Shown here piece after piece: positions 35,473 through 46,767 of a stretch of 64,000 bases of DNA. Made by a program: the position numbers and the translations under genes. The stretch is from NCBI GenBank assembly GCA_033442325.1, contig JAWQFM010000030.1, positions 719,855-783,854 on the forward strand. The letters run 5' to 3'. The notes under the pieces are model-generated. The model did no database searches. It was not told the DNA's origin and was given only the letters and a program-made list of their open reading frames with translations. This DNA is from Salpingoeca rosetta. Its lineage: Eukaryota > Protista > Choanoflagellata. Numbering within the stretch: the first letter of the stretch is position 1; each line of letters opens with the position of its first letter.

Positions 35473-38400
35473 TGGGACGAGGAGGAGGAAAGCAGAGGAG
35501 GGTCAGGAAGGTGAACACGTCTGCTGTGCTCACATGCCATACCTGTGTGTTGTGTGTGACGATGTCGTCGTGTCTTGTCGTTGTGTGTTGGTTGCATGGG
35601 CGCCAGGGCCACATCAGAGGAGGGGGAAGAAGCCGCCATGAACGACCCCATCATCATCAACCCTTCCCCATTTCTCTCTCCTTTTCCTCTCTTCCACCTC
35701 AGCTCGGCCGTCACCGTCATCGCCATCGCCATTGACTGCACAGCCGCCATCACACTCCAGCCGACACCAGCCCCAATCTGGCGTGAGGCAGATATTGCAC
35801 ATGTCAGTCGCTCTGACGAAGAGGTGAGCAATGTGCGTGTGTGTGTGTGTGCATGGTGGTGAGTGGGACAACATGCGTGCGTGTGGTTGGGTGTCAATGC
35901 GGGCGGTTGGATGAGGCTGGCGTGCGGTTGATGATGCTTCGCTGTCAACCTCACCCCCCCTGCATTCTTCCCATCTTGTGTGCGTGCACACACATTTGAC
36001 AGCGTTGAGGAGGCGCATGAAGCGGTGGAACCAACGACGATGAAGATGACGAGTGATGAAGGTGAGAAGGGCGACTGAGATGTGTGTGTGCGTGTGTTGG
36101 TTGGCATGTGATGTTTCCTTCTTCGCTTCCCTCTTTCCTTGTCTGTTCTGTCCACTCATGTGTCTTTCTTTTTCCCCCTTTTTTTTCGATTGATTTGGAC
36201 ACAGGGCCATGCATCCGTCTCCATCTATCCAACCGACCAACCAAGCAGCCGAGCGAGCGAGCAAAGGACACGGCATGGCAAGGGGCCGTTTGTTTTCACC
36301 GTTTCCACCAGCAGCAACAACAGCAGCAACAGCCGATGTCTGGCTGCATTGTGGATGAACTGGCCCTCTGTATCTCGTCCACCTCCCCCTCGTCCTCGTC
36401 GTCATTGGTCGCCAACAGCAGCGGCTGCGGCCATGGATGTGGAGGTGAGATGAATGGGTGGGGGTTGAGGTGATGTGGTTGGTGTGTGTGATGTGTTGGG
36501 TGTGAGCATCAGCATGTACATGTGCGTGATTGATTGTGATGTGTTGGTTGGATGTCATTGGGTCTGCTGGTGCTGGCAACGGGTGTTGTTGTCGTTGACA
36601 GCCTGATTCTGTGACAACTCACCTCTTTCTTCACACGCACACGTACAGGGTGTGATGTACGTCGGTGTGCCGTTGCCTCGCATGACGACGACGCTGGTGG
36701 TGGTGAGTGTTTGTGGTGGATGTAGACGGCACACACACACGCATGTGCAGGTGTGATGCTTGTGGTGGTGGTGATGTGGTGTCTGTGTGTGGGGATGTGA
36801 ATTGTGCGTGCACAGGTGGTGATTTGAGTGATGCGAATGTGACAAAGGAGGTGGATGTGGTTTGTTTCTGCCATGCAGGCTCACTTTGTCGTGACATTCT
36901 TGCTGATTTGATTGTTTGTGCTTGCGCATGTGTGCATGTGTGAGATTTTGCACAGGACAGTGGCCGTTCTCTTCCCAACCCCTCATGACACGACCAGGGC
37001 AATACACGCACACACAAATGTGAGAGAGAAGAAGGCGCAAGGTGAGACGCTGCCGCTGTGTGTGTGTGTGTGTGTGTGATGATGGGGTGGTAGTACACAT
37101 TCGCATGCACATACGCACGCACGTACACGCATGTACACATGTGTGCCAACACATCAGAGCAGACATTGGCTGTGGGGTGGTTGCACTGACGTGTGTCTCA
37201 CATGAATCAATCACACAACTCAAATGTGCGTGTGCGTGTGTGTGTGGCTGCAGGCGGACGTGTGCGGGTTTCCCCAACCGAATCCCCTTCTTCTTTTCCC
37301 AACCAATCGCCTTTGCTCTGTGTCATCATCATCATCAGCCTTCACCATGCGATGTGGTGCTGTTGAGGCGTGATCGAGACAGCGGCCAACACAGGTATTG
37401 CAGCAGTGGTGGATGTGGCGGTGGTGGTGACATCGTGTGCCTGCTTGCTTGCTTGCCTGGTGGGTGCTTGCTTCGTTGTTCTTGTGTGCATCTGGTTCAC
37501 CCGCCCACAACAAACTGCATATTCCCATGCGTGGTCCTTTGTGTCCCTCCTTTCGTGTTCTCACCATCGCCGGTCATTGTTGTTCGTCTCTGGTTGGTTT
37601 CTCCTTGCCTCACAGACATACACGCAGGCAGGCTAGCTCGCTGCTGCTACCACTGGTGCTGCTGTGATGATGGCTGTGCGTGTGCATGTGCGCTGTGCAC
37701 CATGTTTGGGACTGCACGGATGAAGACAAGGAAGGACACGGCCCGTGCCCGCTAATCTTCCCCCTTCATCTCCTCTTTCTGCTCCATCAGCGATGACGAT
37801 GGTGGCCGTGACATGTGATTGCGCTTCCCTTTTGTTCTGGCTTCGCTGTGACACATCGGCTGGCTGGCTGGCTGCATCAAGCACAGGTGAGGATGATCGT
37901 TGGCGGTTGGTTGGTTGGTTGGTGGGCTGTGTTGTGTGGAGTGGTGGGAAGCAGGGGGGGAGGGACGTGACACGGTGATGGTGGTGGTGAGGCGATGCGG
38001 GAGTGCAGAGCGAAAGGAGGGAGAGGGAAGGGAAGTGATAGGAGGGCGATGATGTTGGTTGAGGGATGGGGAGTGCGTATGCACATGCACGTGATGTCAT
38101 GTGGTGGTAATATCACATGACAATGACACACACATCAGTGGCTCATTCCTTTTGCTTGTACCTGTGATTGTGTGGTTGTGATGATGACTGCAGCAGGCAA
38201 CACACGGCGGTTGATGCTGGATTGGATTGGCTGGGGTTGACTGGCCGTCGTGTCGTGTCGCCCATTCCTCTCCCTCCGTTGCTCATCTCAACTGGGAACA
38301 CACAGCGATGTGTGTGCATGTGTGCGTGTGTGCATGTGTGTGCATCGCCATCAACCACGCCGACTGCAACACGATGCACGAGGTGAGGGCACGAAATGGT

Positions 38401-41400
38401 GTGTTGTTGGTGGAAGGGGGTTGAGGGAAAGTGGGAGGAAGGCGTTCATCATGGCCATTATCACCACCACGGCTGTACACCTGGCCATGTGACCGTGCAT
38501 TTGGAGGATGGAGATGAGGGGAGAGATGTTGTCGTTGTGGTTGTGGTGGTTGTGTTTTGCATTGTTGTGCATGCGTGTGCATGGTGCATCGTCTCACTCT
38601 GCAATGCCATGTCTGACTCTGTGTGTGTGTGTGTGTGACTGCAGATGCGCGTGCGCGTGTGCGCATATGTCAAGCAGATGCGTTGATCGACGACGAGGTG
38701 TGTGTGTGTGTGTGTGTGTGTGATTGGGGTTGACCTTTGTGTCCTTGTGCCATCACATACAACGCACAACACCAAGCACACATCATCACCATTGCACGCC
38801 CATGTGTTGTTGTTGTCCACTCATGCATGGCATGCTCACATCCACCGCCCTTCCCTTGCTTCTTCTCCTTCTTCCTCCTCCCTGCTGCTGCCACCCCTTC
38901 CACTGTTTCCCTCCACCCCCTTTTCACACGCACAGACAGAGGAACCCATCCACATCCAACACCCATGCCCAAACCCACACCCACACGCATGCCACGCCAT
39001 TGCGAGCTGTGCCACCTCAACCAACCTAACTCAACCAAGGCCAAGGAAGAGGATGGAGGGAAAGCAAGGACAGAAGACGTTATGCTCCCAACAGATGTGT
39101 GTTTGTGTGTGTTGATGGACGGTGTCCTCCTTCCCCCCCCCCCCCCTCTATCGCCTCGTCTATTGCTTCCATGGCAATCTGGCTAGGTGGCTGTTGCCCT
39201 CCCTCCCTTTGTTTGTTTTCTCTTCCAGCCCTTTGTGGCTGTTGGTTGTTTGTTGTGACTGTGAGGAGGAGGAGGGAGGAGGAAGCGAAGAAGAGAGGAG
39301 AGGAGAGAAGAGGAGGGGATGCATGCTGTGCACAGCTGTGTGTGTGTGTGTGTGTGTGTTTGTTTCTTCTTCTTTTCCATCCCCCTTTCTTCTCCCCTTC
39401 TCCCTGCCCTTCCTCAGCCTGCAAGGCCTGTGAGCCTGCGTTGCATTCACACACACAGTGCTGTTCCCCTTCTTCTTCTTCTTCTTGTCTCATTGAAACC
39501 AACCAACCAAACAACCAAGTAGAGCACGCAAGTCCGCCCTTCAACAAGCAAACGCAGAAAGCAAACAGCATAAGTTGCTGCACAAACGCAGCAGTGGGCG
39601 ATTATTTGTGGCATCTTCCACAAATCGCCCAAACACGAAACAACAAGACCAAACACACAAACAAACAAGCAACAAGCGAAACGCGAATCAAGGTGCGTGT
39701 ATGCTTGAGTGGGAGGTGGTGGGTTGCGTTGTTCGAGTGCGTGGCTGGCGTAGGGTTGGTGGAGACGGGGGAGAGGGTGCGCGTTGTGACGGGCACTCAC
39801 TGGCGGTTCTGTTGTGGGTGGTCTCGTTTGGTTCCGTGGATTGTGTCGGGTGTGGTGGGTGATGGTGTGATGGTGCACAGGTGCAAGCAGAGAACACGCA
39901 CAGCAGCGGCCACACCATGGATGTGTGCAGGGCCAAAGGCATGCAACGCCTTGCCCACGGTCGGTGAGGCTGACATATGTGCTGCACAGGCCCATGGCAC
40001 GCTGGCACCGTGAGTTTGGGCGAATTCTGTCAATTGGTTTGACCGCTGTGTGGGTGCGTGTGTGTTTGTGTGTGTGTTGTGGAGGAGGGAGAGAGTGGGA
40101 CGTGGCTGCGGTGAGTGTTGTGACATGATCTCACACGTACTCCTGCTGCCGTGGATGTATCTGGCTCACACGCACACAGAGAGGGATGATGGACTGCATC
40201 GACCCACACACGCGTGTGCGTGAACACACACGCACACACACACACTGACACGCAGCAGTCTGATGCCACCTCACGGTGCGTTGCACTTGCATATGCGTGA
40301 CTGTAACTGTGACTGCGTGCATGTCGTTCATGCTGTGTCTGCTTGTGATTCACTCTGTGTGTGTGTGATGGCTGCTTGCTTCCCTCTGTCTCACACACCT
40401 GTGTGTGTTTGGATGGTGACACGCACACAGACACAGACACAGTGAGTGGGTGTGCAGACACACATCCCCGCACAGACAAGGCAGGCAGGCAGGCACTGCA
40501 CGCTCTTCCTTCTCTCCCTCTGCTGCCACCACCACCGCTGCTGTATGGATGGAGTCAGTGGATGCAAGGGGTGTTGGATGATGCTGGCTGGCTGATGTCC
40601 TTCCCTCGGTGTGTGTGTGTGTGTGTTGCACCGCTGCTGCTGCTCTTGTTTCCCCCTGTTTGTGTCTGTTTTGTCTGTTGTGCGTTGCTGCTTCTTTGTG
40701 CTTGTGTGTGTATGTTCACCACAGCCACGTCGTGTGCGCCCATCACCATCGTCTGTGCTCACGCACCTCCCCATCTCTCCCCTGCTTCTTCTTCTGCTCC
40801 CTTCCCTCGCTTCCCTCTTTGTCATCCCCACACGCACATGCACACACACACACACATGGATACTTGTGCAGGAGAAGTGCAAGCTGTTTGTTGGAACCCA
40901 TGGCATGGCACGGACACACGAGCAAGCATGGACACAGGACAAGCAAGCAAGACGTGGGGCTGCTATCGACCACGCGCCTCGTTGGAGAAGGAGGGGAGCG
41001 TCAGCGGGTGGTGTTGACTGTGTCGTGTTGTGTTGTGTTGTTGTGTCGTGTTGTTGTTGACAGCGTGCACGTCTCTCTCCTTGTGTCCTTCTGCCTTCCT
41101 CCCCTCCCTTTCTCTTTCTCTCTCTGTTCTCTCTTGCCACAGCATGCACGCTGCTGCTGCTGTTGTTGTTGTTGTTGTTGGCTGAAGGTGCTGATGGCGG
41201 CTGATGGGGGAGTGAAGCGGTGTTGCGTAGCATGGAGCTGTCGCTTGTTTTGTGTGTGTGTTGCTTGCAGTTGATATGGGGATGCTTTCTGGCTTGTTCT
41301 TGCCACGTGTGTCTGTGTGTGTGTGTGTTTGTTTGCTTTGCTGTCGTGTTGCTGACGTGAAGTGGAAACATACAATGTAACAGGCATGTGCAGCTGTGTG

Positions 41401-42669
41401 TATCGTGTGCTGGTGGTGGTGCATGGGATGGTTGTTGGTGGTTGCAGTGAAGTCAACACAGTGTGTGCTGTTGTGATGTGAATTGGATTGGTGGTGAGCT
41501 GGGTGTGTGGCTGTGGAGTGGGTGTTGCATGCAGGTGAGGACAACAGCAGCAGCAGTGAACGAGGGAGTGGGAAAAAGGATGAAGTGAGTGAGTAATGAT
41601 GACAGCGACTGGTGGTGGTGGTGGATGTGAACAGGGCTGATGGTGAAGAAGGCGGCAGCGTGGGCTTGATGGGTTTACGATGTGCTGTAGCACATGCAGC
41701 ATGAAACATGAACGAGGCAGGAAAGTGTAAGGGAAGGGAACGTAAGGGAAGGAGTGGCGGCACAAAGTAGTGAACAGGGACAAGGGCAGGCATGCAAGCA
41801 CATGGAAACAGCAGCAGCAACGGCAAGAATTGAAACAAGACAGGAGGAGGGGTGGAACGCAGGTGAAATGGACAAACAAGGCTTGTGGTGACAAGGTGGT
41901 GAAAGAAAGGGACGAAGGGAAGCACGAATGCACACAGTGGGTTGTGTTGTGGTGCTGTGTTGTGTGGAATGAAGTGAAGGATGTGTGATGTTGTGTGCAG
42001 AGGTGCTGTGTGGTGGTGAGTGGATGGAAGAGAGAAAGAGGGCCAAGGGTGAATGAAGCATGTGGCAACAAGTGCAAAGCAACAATGCATCACATGGAAT
42101 GTGGAATAGCAAAGGGCAGAGAGAAGGAAACAAGTGAGTGAAGGGTGAGACAAAGGGACAAACCGACACATGCATGAATGCGTGTTGTTGTGTTTTGGGT
42201 TGGGTTGTGATTGTGGCGGTGGAGCGAAGGAAGCAGAAGCACAAATATTGCAAGCAATAGCACACATGCACGAAGAGAGAAGGTGAAGCGGGGAGAGGAG
42301 AAGGTGATTGCAGCGAGCTTCTTACGCACCTGATCATATCGCTGCTGGAGGCGAGAGAGAGGAAGCGCAGGTGATGTTGGAGAGTAAATCCAAGAGCAAG
42401 AGGGAGCGAGGCGATGCTGCTGAGTGAAGTGGCGTGGAGTGAAGTTGTGAGGGAGTGACAGAGTAGTGTGTGAGTGATGGTGAGGATTGATAAAGGGTCG
42501 ATTGCAGGTGCGTGCAGGCATGGTGGGCGAAGCAGTGACACAGTGGCGAGTGAGTGGAGGAGTGTTGTAAAGCGAACAGGGTGGAAGCAAGGGAAGTTGT
42601 GGGTGCTTGCAAGCAACACGCACACAGCAAGCAAGCGTACACATGAAGTGTCTGCAGCGAAGAGACGGA

Positions 42670-43235
42670 AGTGGTGAAGTGAATCCAATGGAAGTAGGAG
42701 ATGTTGTGAGTGCTTGCGAGTAACCCAGCAATGAGTAGATGGATTGTTGTGGGGTGAATCCAACACGAGTAGGGGAAGTTGTGAGTGCTTGCGAGTGAGT
42801 AGAGGGATGCGGTGGAGTGAATCCAATGCAAGCAAGGGATGTTGTGAGTGGTTGCAAGCAACATAGCAGCACTGCACAATCGCATGCAAGTGTGTCTACA
42901 GTGAGTACAGGGATCGTTGTGCAGTGAATTCAATCAATGCAGGAGAAGCTACCAATGCTTGCGAGCAACACAGTAACACTGCACAATCGCATGGAAGTGT
43001 GTCTGCAGTGAGCAGAGGATTGTTGTGCAGTGAATCCAACACATGTAGGAGAAGCTACCAATGCTTGCGAGCAACACAGTAACACTGCGTAATCGCATGC
43101 AAGTGTGTCTACAATGAGTAAACGGATCGTGGTGGAGTGAATCCAATGCAAGTAGGAGATATTACCAGTGCCTGGAAGCAACACAGCAGCACTGCGCAAT
43201 CGTATGCAAGTGTGTCTGCAGTAAGTAGAGGGATG
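42670..43235. repeat. Degenerate ~107-bp tandem minisatellite
   Basis: gtgaatcc/gtgaattc anchor at 42679, 42754, 42817, 42924, 43030 and 43137, followed by ...gcaacacag.a.cactgc..aatcgcatgcaagtgtgtct in the full-length units. Confidence 0.85.
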
Positions 43236-44083
43236 CTACTCATCCATTCCACTTTAATCAGAAACACGTCCCCGTGCCTGCAGGCAACATCTACACACAA
43301 ACGCATACACACACACATGCAAACGTGTCCCTTGCGCTGCTCCTCGTCGGTCTCTGTGTGCTTGCTTGTCTCTTGTGCAGTCACATGGAAACGAATCCAT
43401 CCTCGCTGCTCTACTCCTCTGTTCCTCTGCTTTGCTCCTTCTTGCTTCAGCGAAGCGTGCCTGCAGGCAAGTAGAAGTGCGCACAGTGCAGTGTGCTCGC
43501 GCGCACGTGTGCCTGCAAGCCAGCCACATGGTCTTGTCTCTATTGCTGCAGCGCATAGCATGGTGCAGTGACGTTTGCTCGCTTGCTCACTTGATCACCG
43601 GAGTAGGGAAACTGGGTCGGTGAAGTCAAAAAGCGGGTGCAGAAAAAGTGCGATGTTGTGACAGAAAAAAGCCCAAAACTGTCATGAGTAGTGTCTGAAC
43701 ACTGCGTCGCGAGGCAGCTGTGCAGCTGCAGCGAATTACCAGCGCAAGCATTGCATGCATGCAAGCATTGGTTGGTCACGGGCCAGGGGAATCTGGGGTG
43801 TGAGCAGTGTGAATAATCTTGATGCAGTGAAGCTGTGCGCACTCGCTTGATCCAGTCACAAATCTAGATCTAGCAGAATCACTAAATCTAGATTGCGGTG
43901 CCTGCAGGCAAAGTGCACGAGGCCAAAGCAGCGATTCAAACAGCTGCCGCTCGATGGATTGGCATACATGAGGGGGAAGGGATTGCAATTGAGCCAAGAA
44001 CAAAAAAAGAAAAAGAGAAGGCAAAAGGCAAAGAAGCCGCTTTAGTTAAAGGCCCAAAGCAAGAGAGCAAAGGCGATTTGGTC

Positions 44084-44183
44084 NNNNNNNNNNNNNNNNN
44101 NNNNNNNNNNNNNNNNNNNNNNNNNNNNNNNNNNNNNNNNNNNNNNNNNNNNNNNNNNNNNNNNNNNNNNNNNNNNNNNNNNN
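44084..44183. other. Assembly gap (100 N) separating host-type DNA from the telomere/viral contig
   Basis: Run of N. Confidence 1.
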
Positions 44184-44540
44184 CCTAACCCTAACCCTAA
44201 CCCTAACCCTAACCCTAACGCCTAACCCTAACCCTAACCCTAAGCCTAACCCTAACCCTAACCCTAACCCTAACCCTAACCCTAACCCTAACCCTAACCC
44301 TAACCCTAACCCTAACCCTAACCCTAACCCTAACCCTAACCCTAACCCTAACCCTAACCCTAACCCTAACCCTAACCCTAACCCTAACCCTAACCCTAAC
44401 CCTAACCCTAACCCTAACCCTAACCCTAACCCTAACCCTAACCCTAACCCTAACCCTAACCCTAACCCTAACCCTAACCCTAACCCTAACCCTAACCCTA
44501 ACCCTAACCCTAACCCTAACCCTAACCCTAACCCTAACCC
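44184..44540 (-). repeat. Telomeric array (CCCTAA)n / (TTAGGG)n, ~59 copies, oriented as a left chromosome end
   Basis: 357 bp of near-perfect CCCTAA with two single-base variants near 44220 and 44244. Confidence 0.98.
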
Positions 44541-44671
44541 TTTTTTTTCACGCATCCAGCTCGTGTCCTCAGTAGTCGGAGGAGGGTGACCATACGCTCT
44601 GAGTCAAGCCCATAGTTTTGGGTCCCCCCACTCACTGATACTTTAGATACCCTTATATAGCTGAATTAAAC

Positions 44672-44805
44672 CCGACCCGCTTTCAAGACGAGGTCAGGTG
44701 GGGAGTTTGGCTGGGGCGGCACATCTGTAAAACGATAACGCAGGTGTCCCAAGGTGAGCTCAATGAGAACAAACCTCATAAGGATGTGGAGTAAAAGGAC
44801 AAAAG
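44672..44805 (+). rRNA. Isolated 28S (LSU) rRNA fragment, domain V P-loop region (about H80-H85); not a complete gene
   Basis: gtcaggtggggagtttggctggggcggcacatctgtaaaacgataacgcaggtgtcccaaggtgagctcaatgagaac matches the conserved eukaryotic LSU sequence. Similarity decays on both sides. Confidence 0.9.
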
Positions 44806-44840
44806 GGATGGGCAGAGAGTCATTTGAAAAAATGACCTAT

Positions 44841-44902
44841 CCCCTAACCCCTAACCCCTAACCCCCTAAACGTGACCAGCGCGCGTGGGCATTCCCTAAC
44901 CC
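44841..44902 (+). repeat. Variant telomere-like repeats (CCCCTAA)x3, CCCCCTAAA and an isolated CCCTAACCC
   Basis: Directly visible at 44841-44870 and 44894-44902. Confidence 0.85.
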
Positions 44903-44963
44903 GTGCGTGGGCTTGGGGTTAAGCATTTTCACCAGCGTGACAACTACTACCACACCAAACACC

Positions 44964-45173
44964 ATGTCAACTACAACCTCAACGCAGACCAGTGAACAAC
45001 CACACTCACCGTCTGCCTCAGCTGACTTGACTGAACGCAGGTCCTTTTGGCTTCGCCTGAGGGAAGGATGTGTGCGAATCGGGGGAAGCATCAGAGGCAT
45101 GTTCATTGAGCTCTCATGCGCCTGCAGATCGCGCGAGGTATGTTCCCTTGCTCAACTGCTATTCGGCATTTAA
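44964..45173 (+). CDS. Possible small viral ORF (69 aa, MSTTTSTQTSEQ...)
   Basis: ATG in acacc context like the neighbouring genes, and it fills the space before the next ORF. No recognised domain. Confidence 0.35.
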   Translation: MSTTTSTQTSEQPHSPSASADLTERRSFWLRLREGCVRIGGSIRGMFIELSCACRSREVCSLAQLLFGI

Positions 45174-45215
45174 CAAACACCTCACTTTTGCTCGTCGATC
45201 CAGCATCATCTCACA

Positions 45216-45800
45216 ATGTCGCGTAACATCATGCCACTCGACCAACTTCTGGTGGAGCAAAGTAGGAACGACGACGTCTCCTGCGATCAGCAAGATGCTC
45301 CCGAGGACGAACCTGCTCAGGAGACAGCAGAAATCAACCAGAACATGGAGACCGATGTGAGCACCCACTCCGACACGCAGACCGTGCAATCCAACAAAGA
45401 TGACACCAATGACAAGCAAGATAGCCAACCCAACAAGAAGGCCAAACGACAAATCAGTGATCGGCAGCGCAAGGCACTCGAGCAGTCTAGGAACAAGAAA
45501 CAGGCAAAGGCACAGGAGCGACGAGAGCGTGAACGCCGCGAACACTTTGAAGCCATGAAAGAACACCGCATGCAGGAACTGGATGACTTCTTCAAATCTC
45601 GCCTCCCAAACTACCTTGAAGACTTTCTGAAGCAGAAGAAGGCAGTATCGCGGGAGGCTTCCGCATCATCATCATCATCATCTTCCCAATCGCAGCGGCA
45701 GCCTAAGCCAACACAACACCGACATGCCCGTCAGCCTGATCGTGCTATGCCCCCACCCCGAGCCCCTGTCAACAAGTACTCCAAGCTGTTCCGCAGGTGA
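45216..45800 (+). CDS. Viral hypothetical protein, acidic N-terminus and basic coiled-coil (194 aa)
   Basis: Clean ORF with KRQISDRQRKALEQSR basic helix, followed by AATAAA at ~45815. Confidence 0.75.
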   Translation: MSRNIMPLDQLLVEQSRNDDVSCDQQDAPEDEPAQETAEINQNMETDVSTHSDTQTVQSNKDDTNDKQDSQPNKKAKRQISDRQRKALEQSRNKKQAKAQERRERERREHFEAMKEHRMQELDDFFKSRLPNYLEDFLKQKKAVSREASASSSSSSSQSQRQPKPTQHRHARQPDRAMPPPRAPVNKYSKLFRR

Positions 45801-45870
45801 ACAGGCTGAAACCCAATAAACACTTCATCCATTTTCAACACTAATTAATACACAACAAGTGAGCAACGGC

Positions 45871-46719
45871 ATGAGCGATAAGAAGCCAGACACGGTCCCG
45901 CGCATTGCGCACCCAAACACACGGAAGGCAGACGAGGCTCGGAAAAGGCAGATCAAACAGAAGATGGGCCTCGTCGAGCCAAAGAACCTACCAACGCGTG
46001 CCATCCACCCGGTCAACGTCAAGAAGCACTCCCTCAAGCGAACCGTCGACGTCGAAGGCGGTCCCCTTGACAAAGTACTCCCAGGCATCGTCCTCGTCCT
46101 GGGCACAAGCATGAGCGGTAAGACCACGTGGATCATCAACGCAGTTCTCCAGAAGGCAATCTTCGGCAAGCTCTTCGACATCCTTCACATCGTCTCCCCC
46201 ACAATCGCTGTAGACGACGCCTACCAGTACCTGATTGACATGCCCGAGTCCAAGCTGCACCAAAACTTCACCGACGACACGATGAAGCAAATCACGGGCG
46301 CAACCACCGAGGCCAAGCAAAATGGTAAAGAACTGCACCAGGGCCTAATCATCGACGATGGCGTGAGTTCAGATGTCAGCAAGCGGGGAAACCCAATGCA
46401 GTCATTCGCCAGCGTCGCCCGCCACTACACGGACATGACCCTCATCTCAACACAGGACCTTCGCGCAACCGCTCTCCCAAAGTTCCGCAACCAGGTACGC
46501 CTCTACGTCATCATGCGTAAGAGTGCAGAGACCGACAGGCGAAACCTCTTCCGCGAGCTCGGTGCTTACTTTGGAGGCGAGAAGAACTTGGAGCGTCTGT
46601 TCAAGGAGGCAACCGACGGAGATGACCCCTATGCATTCATGCTCCTCAATGTTCCCAACCAAACTGCTTGGAAGGGATTCGACGAGATCCTGTACTCTGC
46701 CTATGACCAAACCTTCTGA
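45871..46719 (+). CDS. A32-like (FtsK-HerA superfamily) genome packaging ATPase
   Basis: Walker A GTSMSGKTT, Walker B LIIDD, and the A32-type ARHY...ISTQ...PKFRNQ motifs. Confidence 0.92.
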   Translation: MSDKKPDTVPRIAHPNTRKADEARKRQIKQKMGLVEPKNLPTRAIHPVNVKKHSLKRTVDVEGGPLDKVLPGIVLVLGTSMSGKTTWIINAVLQKAIFGKLFDILHIVSPTIAVDDAYQYLIDMPESKLHQNFTDDTMKQITGATTEAKQNGKELHQGLIIDDGVSSDVSKRGNPMQSFASVARHYTDMTLISTQDLRATALPKFRNQVRLYVIMRKSAETDRRNLFRELGAYFGGEKNLERLFKEATDGDDPYAFMLLNVPNQTAWKGFDEILYSAYDQTF

Positions 46720-46767
46720 TCTGTGCACATGTCATTTTTCAATACACGTTTCCCGCCAACATCCAAC

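Noticed and set aside
42670-43235. Possible CRISPR-like array
   Set aside because: Whole units are similar with no unique spacers, and there are no cas genes. It is a eukaryotic minisatellite.
43590-43900. Possible transposon end (AATCTAGAT palindromes at ~43860-43892)
   Set aside because: No partner TIR, TSD or transposase is visible, so the evidence is insufficient.
44046-44555. 169-aa GLGLGL ORF
   Set aside because: It is a translation of the telomere repeat across an N gap.
44672-44805. Functional rRNA gene
   Set aside because: Only ~130 bp of LSU is present, with no flanking rDNA, so it is reported as a fragment.
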